DNA of 64,000 bases from Ruditapes philippinarum (lineage: Eukaryota). The position numbers and the translations under genes are program-made. The stretch covers positions 186,001 through 250,000 of the forward strand of contig NW_026855648.1 of the NCBI RefSeq assembly GCF_026571515.1. The letters run 5' to 3'. Positions 52,337 to 64,000 of this stretch are shown piece by piece. Each line of letters begins with the position of its first letter. Position 1 is the first letter of the stretch. Under the pieces are notes generated by a model. It did not search any database. It saw nothing but the letters and a program-made list of their open reading frames with translations, and had not been told where the DNA came from.

Positions 52337-52574
52337 TGAGCCGCTTCACGACAAAACGAACATAATGGGTTTGCGACCAGCATGGATCCAGACCAGCTGC
52401 GCATCCGCGCAGTCCGATCAGGATCAAAGCTGTTCGCTTACAAACTATATTACAAGTAGAGAAACTGATAGCGAACAGCATGGATCATGATCAGACTGCG
52501 CGGAAGCGCAGGCTGGTCTGGATCCATGCTGGTCGCAAACCCATTATGTTGGTTTTGTCGTGACGCGGCTTCAA
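52337..52574. mobile_element. Palindromic MITE (~240 bp)
   Basis: ~100-bp inverted arms (gagccgc..cataatgggtttgcgaccagcatggatccagaccag / ctggtctggatccatgctggtcgcaaacccattatg..gcggct). Confidence 0.9.
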
Positions 52575-52845
52575 TGGACATGTTGTAATTTAACAAATAA
52601 CGTCGTTACCTGTCAATACTTTTTAATGATACTTTCCATAGAAACATAAATCTTTTTAAATAACAACTACAAAAACCACCTTAAAATCTTAACACATGAA
52701 TAGCAGATAAGTAATAACTCCTTAAAAATAACCAGTGCAATACATGTATTTTTAAAGCAAAGTTGTAAAATCACAGTAACAAAGAAATGATTATCAGCAT
52801 CATTTGCCTTAATATAACGATGAATCATTTTAGCATTTTAACAGT

Positions 52846-54111
52846 TTAAAGTTTGCGGTTATAATACAAATTGCTGAATGTATTGGCTGTCATAACAATA
52901 AATATAAAATACAGAATTAGGAAACAATACAAATCGAATGTTTTGCCAACCGTTTTCCATGTCACAGAGGGAGTTTCATTTTCTTTTTCTGTATTTTCAT
53001 TGATCTTGTTATGTTTCATCTCAATCTCTTCTGAAACAAATGACATTTTCCGTTCAGGCTTAACAACAGCAATTTTCTTTCGTTTAATCCACCAGCAACG
53101 AAGAATGTACACCAATTTTACAATTGCCGACGGAACGGGAGCATCCCTGTCATGTATACGTAATGAAAGTATACATAGAAAGAGGATAACTGAGCTGTAT
53201 ATCAATAGAAAAAGGACATAAAAATAAATGTAAGCCATTGGGTCAGAACTCTGGGAACAGTCGAATTTATCATTTGCATAAAAACAATGAATGACAAAAA
53301 TGTGGTTATAGCCACAGATGTTCTTTCCCCAGAATTCGCAGGCATAATGAACACCAGGTTATTCATACAACTTAAAAAACACCATCGGAACAATTATGTA
53401 AACTACAAAGAAATCACTTCTTCTTTTCAATGAAATTTTAATGTTTAATGATGGTGGAAAGCTTGGGGCGACGACAGCACTTCTATTATCCGCAGTTGCA
53501 GACGATATTATCCATTGACTATTCTGGCTTAAAAAATCTTTGTTTATCATACTCTCTGTTGTATAAAACAACACTTCATCGATTGTATACGCCCATCCTG
53601 AAATCGTCACGTAACAATCTTGCGTGTCAAAGGGAAAGTAAGTGACATCAACCGAGCAAACTAGTTTTAAAACATTCCCTGGGTTCCATATAATTTTACC
53701 GCTTGAAAGCAATCGCATCAGCATTGATACATTGGTAATTTCTTGAATTCTGTCAAAAGATTGTAGTACAAACAACTGTGGGTGCCACACATCTTCCGGT
53801 GGAATAAGAAGATTCGATTTCCCGCCAAATTCAGACGGTGTCCAGCTTAGTCTTTCATCACTCCATTGCATGTAAAATAACATGGTAATTTCTATCTCAC
53901 CAGACAATTCATCAAACTTATTGATACTCACAATCCCTATTGTACAAGCAATTTTTACAGTGTCATTATGATTTAACAGAGGAAAAAGTTTCCTATTGTA
54001 GTTCTTGAACAAGTTGTCGTGTAAACTTCTAACCTGTGTTGAATTTGAGCAGAAGATGAATTCCAACCGAATAAACATAATACTGACGATTAGGATTTTG
54101 GTGTTCATCAT
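52846..54111 (-). pseudogene. Divergent subfamily A Cys-loop LGIC gene (gene 8), broken by two 1-nt homopolymer indels; pseudogene or assembly error
   Basis: ORFs 53359-54138, 53202-53393 and 52846-53238 join into one full subunit. ATG at 54111, +1 T in the run at 53374-53379, -1 near 53253-53255. Confidence 0.85.
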
Positions 54112-54161
54112 GATTGCTGGTACAAAATATATGTTCAACGTTATAATCAGATGTCACATAT

Positions 54162-55620
54162 CTGGAAAAGAAAGAATAGATACATCGATTCAATATGAAC
54201 ACATTTAATACAAACTACAAACATTTTATCATCAATTAGAATTATGAAATATCCAGACCACACTTCTATTTCCTCAAGCGCCTGACGGTATGGCTATTTA
54301 TGGTCTTGTTAAACATTTCACATGGTCATTTTTAATTATTTAAGTATGCGTTATTGTCCGTAGAGCTCTTTGAAATGTTTACAATATAATAAAGGAAAAC
54401 CACGGGGGACTATTCACAAACAAAACTTTATTCTTTCCCATTACTGTTATTAAAATTGACAAATGTGTTTGTAAATGTTTGTTTTATATGACAAATCTTA
54501 ATTTGCACCATTGTACAAGTTCAGTATATCAATACAATCTAAATGTGGTTTTGAGTTATGGAAAAAAATGTTTATATTTCAATTTATATGAATGGTTGAA
54601 GATAGTTTGCAAACAAAAAGGATAACATCACCTAAATGGTTTTGTAATTGAAAGGCCAAATTGCACCATAACAACACAGAATTGCATGCTCCAGTACACT
54701 ACAAACGCAAAATGAAAAGGCTTTTTATAGGATGATAATTCCATAACAACAAGAGAGATATTTTGAGCATGTGCGTTATGCGTAGGGCAAAAAGCGAAGT
54801 CGATGTGATGAGCGGAAGAATAGTTATTTTAGATTAAACAATTTTTTATAAAAGTTATGATCTTACTCAATTTTATAGAATGTATATAATGCAATGAAAT
54901 GGTTAGAAAGGGTAGTTTTCTGTTTGTTTGTTTGTTTGTTTGTTTGTTTTTTTCATTCCCATAAAAGCTTCAATTATGGGCGATCGATTCTAAAATAAGA
55001 ACTTTCATCTTTAATTAAATCTATTGACTTTTTGTCCTTCGTGCATTGCGCATGCGCAAAAAATAATGCATCGCCTTGAATTTACATGGCAAAGAAGATC
55101 GTTGTAAAATGGTATGTAGATATGGCAGACAAAATAAAACCAAGGATTAAGATCTGATATTGACACATAAATGATTAATAATATTTATATTGATACAAAG
55201 CATTGTTAAGTAATATATTTATATCAAATTACACATATCAGACAGAGAAAGGGACCTGTCTACGAATGCACCAAACTCCAAACAGAATTTCCATATTGCT
55301 CCAAAATACGAAATAGATATAAATCAAACCCACGAGATTACCAATTCATTCATGTGTCCAAACATGAATTTGATTGAATATATGCGATGTGCACATTGTC
55401 TACATACAATGTATATCTAATTATAACTACATGTATAGCTATAACAAAATACAGTTTAAAATATTTTGTCAGATTTTTTTGTCTTAGAATATATAAATGA
55501 TTGATATTCTGTGATATTGATATTTTCATATATCTTACCTGTGCATATATTCACAGATAATACACGTAAATAAAACGTTCTATCTCAAAATAGTAGAAGT
55601 TAACTGTCCTTTTATATAAA
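54162..55620 (-). promoter_or_regulatory. Predicted TATA box, non-coding first exon and 5' UTR intron of gene 8
   Basis: Minus-strand TATATAAAAG ~55610-55619, donor CAG|GTAAGA at 55538, acceptor tctttcttttccAG at 54162. Confidence 0.55.
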
Positions 55621-58083
55621 CATTTTTTCACATTATTATCCCTCATCTCAAAAATTAAACTTCTTTGTCATTATATCTATAATTCATCGAAAACTAATTA
55701 AGTAATTATCATCATTCAGTCTATTTAATCTACTCGAACTAATTGTTTCTCGTGAACCTATCACGTGATCTGTTTCTCTTAGTATCTATTTATTTAAAGT
55801 CAGTATTAAATCGAACAAACGGCCATGCATAGTGATAGCTTGAAATTTGTACATCAATAATCTCTCCGATAATTTCTGGAAAGTCCGATAACATTTCAAG
55901 GAGTCTGTGGCTTATACAACATAGCACTGTTAAATTCTATGATTTATATCATTAAAATCCTTTAGAAACTAACAAAATGTAAAACAATGTTTAATTAATT
56001 TCTTTAATGAAAAAAAAACAACAACAAAAAACTTGAATAATTCATTGATGTCGTCATGTGGGTGATACCACGACAGTCCAATCTAATGAATTATTGTTAA
56101 TAATTACTGTACTGTGAACACAATATCAAATTGAAAAAGCGGACTCCCTAAAGAATACTCAAACCGGCAAAATTGTAAATGTTGAAGGCTTTGTTTGAAT
56201 GAACCTGTTCATTCTGTTGATAGTAATGGTAACCTCAACTAGTGTCGTATGATGAATCATGAACGTGACCCGAGTAGAGCTAGAACATACGATCCCTCGG
56301 TTGAGAGACAGAGGGCCACAGCCCACCTTAATTTAACTAACAAAAATAATTAGTATTGATTCATTCTAGGACAACTTCAAAATTATCACAAGAACTCAAG
56401 GACATTTGAAAAAGTCGGGTATAGATTTGTTAGCCGGGGCTGTATGTTTACAACTTTGCATTATAATTAGGTAATAATGTATGGCAAGTATGAAGACCAG
56501 AAATAATCAGGTCAATACGTGCGCATTGGCAAATAATTTAGAAATTTTACTAAAAACTACCAGATTTTTAGCAACAGGCGATGAAAAAATGGACTATGAA
56601 TTTTTACACATGAAACAATATGTAAGGCAAGCTTAATCATTAAAGTGTAATATTTAGCACCTAAAATTCACTGTTTAAAGATAATGATTATCATATTTGA
56701 CGAGTGTTTTTCTAATATATACAAATGTTATTCGACGAACTCCGAAGGCGGGGTTTATGGTAATGATACACTGATCAGTTTAACTGAAACGCAAAGAATC
56801 CCCCCTCCAGCTCCCAATAAAAATACAAAAATCCATAGCAGTTTGATAGAAACAAACTTGTAACTTGGTTCTACTAGTCTTTCGTACCATAAATGGAAAA
56901 AAAACTCTGTGTCTGTTCTCTGGGTTTTTAACGACATAAAAATTTAAGTTTTTGAAAAAAAATGTCTATAATTTCTATTTCGTTTAGCTTAAACTAAAAT
57001 AAATAATTGAAATAATAATAAATAATGAATCTCGGGCTGAAGAACACGGGGCCATTATCTGATTAGCAAAACAATTTTCACCGGTCCTACTCTGCCGTGT
57101 TTTAACCTCTTATAACGTCTACATGTGAGATTTTGTAAGGGTTCTTAATTAAATCAATTTTGAACATGGCGACACTACCTATTAACGCATTAAAACGGTC
57201 CCTAATGATCACTCAATGTGTGCTCTCAACATTATGTTTATTGATCGTGATTCCATATCTAAACTTTTCTATTAATGTTTATCAATATTACAATTGGACT
57301 GATGGACTAACAATAATTCAGTTCTTGTTTTTGTAGCACGTGATTGAAATATTTGAACAGGTATTATTATATATTCCATAGCCAGTCATTGCTTCTATTG
57401 AGTATCCCAGAAAAAACATTTAATTCTGAAAGCCTCGTGAATTAGTTGGACTTTTTTAATCAATTCACTTAAACATATTTGAAAAAAAGTTAAGAATTCA
57501 GAGGATATATATAACAATGTCATTTTTATTTCTGAAAATATTTTAAAACAACAAAAGTAGTATACGAACTGAATCGGAAATATAGTTAACTGTTAGTTGT
57601 CGACATCTGAATGTATGCCTTGTTTTGTGCATAATAAAATGTCGGACTATACAGTATTTCATATATCGTTCCTTGCTTTACACGTGTATTTTGTGAAAGC
57701 GTTTCCGGATTATAATACATGTGAAAGCGTGACAATGTAACTATGAAAAGATATTCATGATAGATCTAGATCTTTTATCATTTGTCAATGACGTGAACCA
57801 GAACCCGAAGATATAAATTACAGTTTAGCGTCTTCTTGAACAGATAAGTACCAAAGTTTGTCTATCAGACGACCATGGAAGTATTCAAGTTCTACATCAG
57901 TTTTTAATATTTTGGTACATCTGGTTATTATTTATCATACTACGCCAAATGTGACAGAAACCTGTAAATATTTAATTCTCTTTAAACTTAAAAGTCGTTT
58001 GAAATATTGTGAAATATATTTGTTGTACATTTATACGATGGCGATACAATAAGTCAGTTGAAACAATAGATAACATAATTAAT

Positions 58084-59344
58084 ATGGATTCCAAGCTATT
58101 AATCGTGACTTTTTTACTTTTCAGCTTGAATACATTCACTGCTCAAATATGACACAGGTCGAAGGTTAATACACAAACTTGTTCCAGAACTATAACAAGA
58201 AACTTTTTCCATTGATGAATCACAACAATTCAATGGAAATAAATGTCACGGTAGGTATTAGAAGTATAAATAATTTCGATGAGCTGTCTGGCGAAATTGA
58301 ACTTACAATGTATTTCACTTTACAATGGACTGATGAAAACTTGATATGGACACCTTCTCAATATGGTGGCAAGTCGGTGTTGTTAGTAGCTTCAGAAGAC
58401 ATTTGGCGACCACAACTTTATCTTCTACAATCATATGACACACTCCAGGAGATAACGAATGTATCGTTGATGGCACGGTTGTTGTCGAATGGCCTCGTCA
58501 TGTGGAATATTGGAAGTGTTTTGAAAAGTGTTTGTTCTGTTGACGTGACGTATTTTCCTTTTGATACCCTGACATGTGTATTAATGGTTTCAGGCTGGGC
58601 TTACACAAACGACGAAGTGTTACTTATCGTCAATAATGCTAAAGTAAATGAAGATTCTTTTTCCAACAATAGTCAATGGATACTTCAGTCGGCAACGTCA
58701 CAGAACAATTATGATATAATATCATCATTTCCCCCGACGATTTTTGTGATACTTAAACTAAAAAGACGAAGTGATTTATTTGTAGTGTACATAATATTTC
58801 CAATGGTGTTCTTTGGCCTTATAAATAATCTTGTGTTTGTTATGCCTGCGAATTCTGGAGAGAGGACATCAGTTGCTATAACAGCATTTTTGTCGTTTAT
58901 TGTTTTTATGCAAATGATAAATTCGATTGTTCCTGAGAGTTCAGAACCTATGGCTTATATATATATTATTATATACTTTTTCTATTGGTTTATAGCTCAC
59001 TCATTTTATTTCTATGTATATGCTCGTTATGTATCTATGACAAGGACACACCAGTTCCTCAGTCCATAGAAAAGATGATTTATTGTTTTCGATGTTGGTA
59101 TTTCAAGAGAAACAAAGACAAAGTAACACCTGTGAGGAAAGCATCCATTTTGTCTGAGCAAGTTGACGTTAAAAGCACGAACGAAAAGTTATCATTCAGT
59201 CAAAATGATGAGGATTCTCCTTTAATGACTTGGGTAACGGTTGGTAAGACATTTGATTCCTGCTGCTATGTTCTTTTGTTGATGACATATTTGGCGGTGA
59301 CCATTCACACATTCGTAAAATTGTATTTTAACTACAGTTGCTGA
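58084..59344 (+). pseudogene. Subfamily A Cys-loop LGIC pseudogene (gene 9)
   Basis: ATG 58084, -1 T at ~58118-58121, nonsense TTA>TAA at 58167-58169, +2 (AT) slippage at ~58955-58967. Confidence 0.9.
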
Positions 59345-62300
59345 ATATTTTTACTTACATTGATATGAAATGTTCTGACACAGTTACTCGATGCGGTAAT
59401 TTCTCTATATGCGTATTATAAGACATAACAATGAAATTCACATTTCTTTGTAATAATGATAATATATAATTATGGCAAACAAATTTATACAAATGTATAT
59501 CTTAAAATGTTTCTTGTGTAAAACGTCAAATTTCAAAATGAAAATGTGAAAAAGCGATGTAAATAAAACTAGATATGTGAAATGATTGTATTTGTTTTTT
59601 TTTTCTTAAATATATAGTGCTTAATATAATGTGTTTAAGAAGTTTAGATGTTTCATAGACATTACATTTTCGTGTTGTTTTCATAAATGAAAATTATGTA
59701 ACAAGAAAGATATATTATACCAGTATACAGATAAAATATTTTCAACGTCAATCTTGTGTTAACATAAATTTACACAGGAACAATATGCAAATGGAGAAGA
59801 GAAATTTGTCAAATGGAAAGCTCGAGGATTCTCAAAATGTTTTAACTATTTACAATAATGATACGAACGAATGACACTAAATTGTATCCAACGTCAAACC
59901 CATAAGGCATGTCTTTTTTCTCATGCCCTTATAATTTATCTTGTCCCCGAAGGAAAAGTCAAGCTAAATGTCAGAGCTGAAATCATTTATTTAAAACAAT
60001 AAAGTTCTCAGGTTTGTTAATTAACATTATTGTGTGATTTAGAGCTCTTTGCAAAAGAAATATGTACATATGTTCAAAAATGCCTACATAGATATGGAGA
60101 GAAAAAAATAAACATGGGAAAAACATTTAATTTTTGTTATGTTTTTAAGGTTCTTTTTATTTAAAAGTTAAAATAAGGTTACAATTTCTTCCTAAGCTAA
60201 GCTTGCGCATTTAGAAAGATGTATTTCCTTTTCAACGGTTAACTGCATGTCTTAATTAACCTGTCCTGCTTACTTGTCGTAATGAACTGAAATTGCATTC
60301 CTGTGGTCAGCGGTCAATCTTATTGCAATATTTCAGGGAATAATTGATATATATGAATCACGTTTTTTTTATCATTATTATTTATTATCATTTTATGGCG
60401 TGCTTACATAAATTTCACATACATACATTCATCTCACTTCAATACGAAAACATATTAATATATTCATTATAATATATTATACTTTGTGTATAATGAATAT
60501 TAACATGTGATGTTTTATCTAAGTTTTTAAATTTAGCTTAATATGTCATATTTTGAAATCTTCCATGCATCAATGAATCACTTCAATGTATCATATTTAT
60601 AACTCTTGAAACATTTGATTTGAAATAGATTATAACAGATATTTCCTATTACATTACATTGAATGGTTATTATTAAAATGTCAAGCAATTAAATTACTAG
60701 AGCTATGGGTGAATTGATTCTACAAGAGGATAATAGTTATCATTTACAACATTTTGTACCATCAAAGCTCGTTAATATTCTAAGCGCTGTAATAAAGTGA
60801 ATATCATTAGGGAATATGATATTGATTACATATTTATTTTCTTTTTCAAAACAATATTTTAGATTATTTAAATTATCATAAAGCTAAAACTTAATCCCTC
60901 TGGTAGAATCAGGCTTTCATATTGGGACAATGTATAGACGTCATTCCCTATTGATTAAACGTAAACAGAATTTTAAATGAACATAATTAACATTATGACA
61001 TTCAGTTAAATTACAGTTACTGGTTAAATAATATTTTTTGGAATCTAAAATTTACAAATTATTGATGATGCAGATCTGAGACCACTAGAACAATAAAACG
61101 TTATGATGACATTATAAAAGCATTTTGCAATAAATTACATCAACCATAGGATCAAGAATAATGCCTTGCATGAATGGCGTTAGAACAAATATCACAATGT
61201 CATTGATATCCCATAAGAATTATAACATTAATGAAAGTTCTTTGAAAATGTATTGAATAATACTGACGTGCACATGGTCTGTTAATGACAATAAATATAT
61301 TCAATAAGTCATTTAAAATGACTTTTCGGATGTTCAATTTTTTCAAACATAGAAACATGTCAAACGAGCTTCTCAAAATTTATATATTATAAGTATGAAA
61401 AGGCTTAAAAATAATATAAGACTCAAAGAGCACCCAAGTACGCAACCCCGTCACATCCTCCAAAAAAAAATAAAAATGAAAAAAAAAATGAAAAAAGATA
61501 AAAAGAAAAATAATAAAACAGAGACTATTTCCAAAAACCACATGCAATAGCTAGACATACGCCTACTGCATTGTGGGACATTAGTACCGTCACATACAAC
61601 AAGACAATATGGTTGACAAAACAGACCAAAGCCACAGGGATATATATCATTCAGTACTTTTTGTTCATTTTATATTTTTATTTCCATTGCTGGCACAACC
61701 TATATATACAATTTTGTGTGTTGTATTTATTACAGAAAGAGTGTATTTGTATGTTAATATTTACATGGGATGGAATATGGCAGAAAAAATATTGAAATAT
61801 CTATTATGTACAAAACTGCTGATATTGTTTTACATGTATGCATTTTATATTAATATGTTGCTTATTTGTAAATATGTTGTCCTCGTGGGTCTATGACCTG
61901 CTGGCATTTACTTGAATAAAATCATACTCAATTAGCCTTCTATATACATAATTAATTAGCCTTCTACATATTTAATCCATATTCAATTACGCAGTACCAA
62001 TGCCAGGTACAATGTATATATTTAAGTAAAAAAAAGAGTTCAAACAAATTCGAACTATTGATTTATTAGAATATAATATTGCAAATCATTAACTTTTAGC
62101 GTGACTGATATATCTCGTTTTAACTTAAATATGAAAATAAAGACCAACAAGGGAGAAAAACTAAACCCGGACCATGAAATCATTCAACAATCATAATTCA
62201 AATATTATATTCAAAATCGAAAAAATAAAAAAACACAACAACAACAAAAACAAAAACAACAAAACTTCTGTAACAGCTGCATTGATCATTTAGATTGCAA

Positions 62301-63390
62301 TTACAAATAAAAAATAAAATAAAAAGGGGATGTATAGTGTTACGAAATCAAAAGAAACGCCTTGTGAAATGTTTCCCCTTTACGGTTAGTAAAATGTCAA
62401 TGATATCAATTGTTTACATTTTATAATATGAAATAATAATATATTATTAATATTGACATTTTTTCAACCTGGAGAAGAAAACAAAAAACACAAAAAGGAA
62501 AAAGTGCATGTCTGTTACCACCAATAATAGCTAATTAGATGCATCTTTTGGCTAAGCTCAATAGGCCAATACGGAAACAGAATATTTCGGCCCCAAACTA
62601 AATCGGCCCGAATCGAAAAATCGACCATTGGACGTGTCGGCCATTTTCCGCGAGACGTTTCGGCCCTACTATAGGCTAAAGCTTGATTGTATAAACAAAC
62701 AATTATGACACTTTAATTCCTTAATTAATTAAGAAAGTTTATTACAGTTATTCCTTAGAAAACATAATCTATTGAACTTTATTATCGTAGGTAGGATAAA
62801 CATGTTAACTGATTATACCATTTATTTTTATCATAGTAATTGATTGTGCATGTATAATACAACAGTTGTATACAGTATCAATTTAGGTTTTGTTAATTTA
62901 TATAGTATGTTTCTTTGTGTTAGGAATTGTGTCTTGGTAACTGTTGCAAGCAATGCTATATCAGCAGCAGCAAACAGGTCATTTATACATTGCTTAAGTA
63001 ACATTGTCATATAAAAAGTTTAATTGAATTGGATTCAATTTATCTTTCTTATATAATAATAAATTTTCATATAACTGACAAAAATATTATTTTACAGATT
63101 TTATGAGATAATCTTAAATGTTTCTTCTTACAGAAAGCAAATGATCATCATGTGATGAACTTAATGTAAAATGTAAAATGATAAATAATCTCTAATCTTA
63201 TTCATCAAACAAAATATGTCTATGATCACTATGATATTTGCCTTTTTGATATTAGCAAATAATTTTCTTTTGATTAGTCTAAACATAGTAGAATTTTTTT
63301 TTAATTTATCAAATTCTCTATTAAACTACCATACATCAAATTGTCATTAAACACGCGGCAAAATCAAAATGTTATTAGTTTTAAATGATA

Positions 63391-64000
63391 TTATCGGAAT
63401 GATTTCAAAATTTCTGCATTTGAATACAGACATATTATTGTAAAACCGGTAATTGTCCAATACCCCAAACAATTAAACCATGAACAGTAGGTATCAAATG
63501 TTTCTCCGACATTTGTCCAAGTTAGATCATCATCTTCCTTGGAGCCTTCCTTTAACTGATCTTTATCAGATTCAACTCGTTCACAATCAACATTAGTGTT
63601 TTGACCATTGCTTAAATCTGTTTCTACTACATTGATCACTCTTGTGGGCGTCTTGTCGTTACCAATACATATTTTTCCAATTTTGCACATCCTTTTAAAA
63701 CACATACATCTTAAACAATATACAAGATATTTAGTAACGACCGGTATTTTCCCTTTCCTGTCATATATTCGCATAGACACTATGCACATAAACATTATGT
63801 ATGAACTATACAATAAAAGAAACATTAAATAGTAATAAATATATGCAATAGGAGATGAACTTTGTGGAACATTGTTGTTTACTATCTGCATGTAGACTGC
63901 AAATGATAAGAACGCTGTGATAGCGACCGATGTCCTCTCTCCAGACGAAGCTGGCATAGTAAACACCAGATTATTCATCCCTCCAAGAAACACTAATGGT
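63391..64000 (-). CDS. Cys-loop LGIC subunit, subfamily B, 3' part only (gene 10; continues beyond the window)
   Basis: Open frame to the window edge. M1-M4 nearly identical to genes 4 and 6. Confidence 0.9.
   Translation of the reverse strand, partial: PLVFLGGMNNLVFTMPASSGERTSVAITAFLSFAVYMQIVNNNVPQSSSPIAYIYYYLMFLLLYSSYIMFMCIVSMRIYDRKGKIPVVTKYLVYCLRCMCFKRMCKIGKICIGNDKTPTRVINVVETDLSNGQNTNVDCERVESDKDQLKEGSKEDDDLTWTNVGETFDTYCSWFNCLGYWTITGFTIICLYSNAEILKSFR

Noticed and set aside
62575-62670. Clustered TCGGCC motifs as a regulatory array
   Set aside because: Present only in this cassette copy and more like subterminal repeats of a DNA transposon fragment. Too short to classify
13593-64000. Assigning CHRNA/CHRNB gene symbols
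   Set aside because: Lineage-specific paralogs lacking the alpha-defining CC. Orthology cannot be supported from sequence alone
34365-64000. Cassettes 2 and 3 being only an uncollapsed-haplotype artefact
   Set aside because: They are separated by the distinct genes 7 and 8 and differ by private insertions and many substitutions. Not fully excluded without read depth

Overview
AT-rich eukaryotic DNA, most likely from a bivalve mollusc (inferred from the repeat landscape, not checked). Bases 1-2.7 kb hold the last two exons and probable 3' UTR of a WD40-repeat gene. Bases 3-13.5 kb are a transposon-rich interval: two Helentron/HINE-type satellite-bearing elements and a decayed Ty3/Gypsy element carrying a young MITE. 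From 13.6 kb to the window end there is a tandem array of ten Cys-loop (nAChR-like) channel genes with intronless coding regions, plus one truncated 5' fragment. Seven are intact, two are disrupted and one runs off the window. They form two subfamilies: A (23350, 36129, 46859, 52846-54111, 58084) and B (13593, 17498, 30776, 41412, 63391). A and B genes were repeatedly co-duplicated as an A(+)/B(-) cassette. None has the loop-C vicinal cysteines and most acetylcholine-binding aromatic residues are replaced, yet a cation-type M2 pore (GER, 9' Leu) is kept. The A paralogs show patchwork exchange of ligand-binding loops. The best candidate new system is a diversifying, possibly heteromeric, non-cholinergic (chemosensory-like) ionotropic receptor array, architecturally reminiscent of cephalopod chemotactile receptors. 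That function is inference only.
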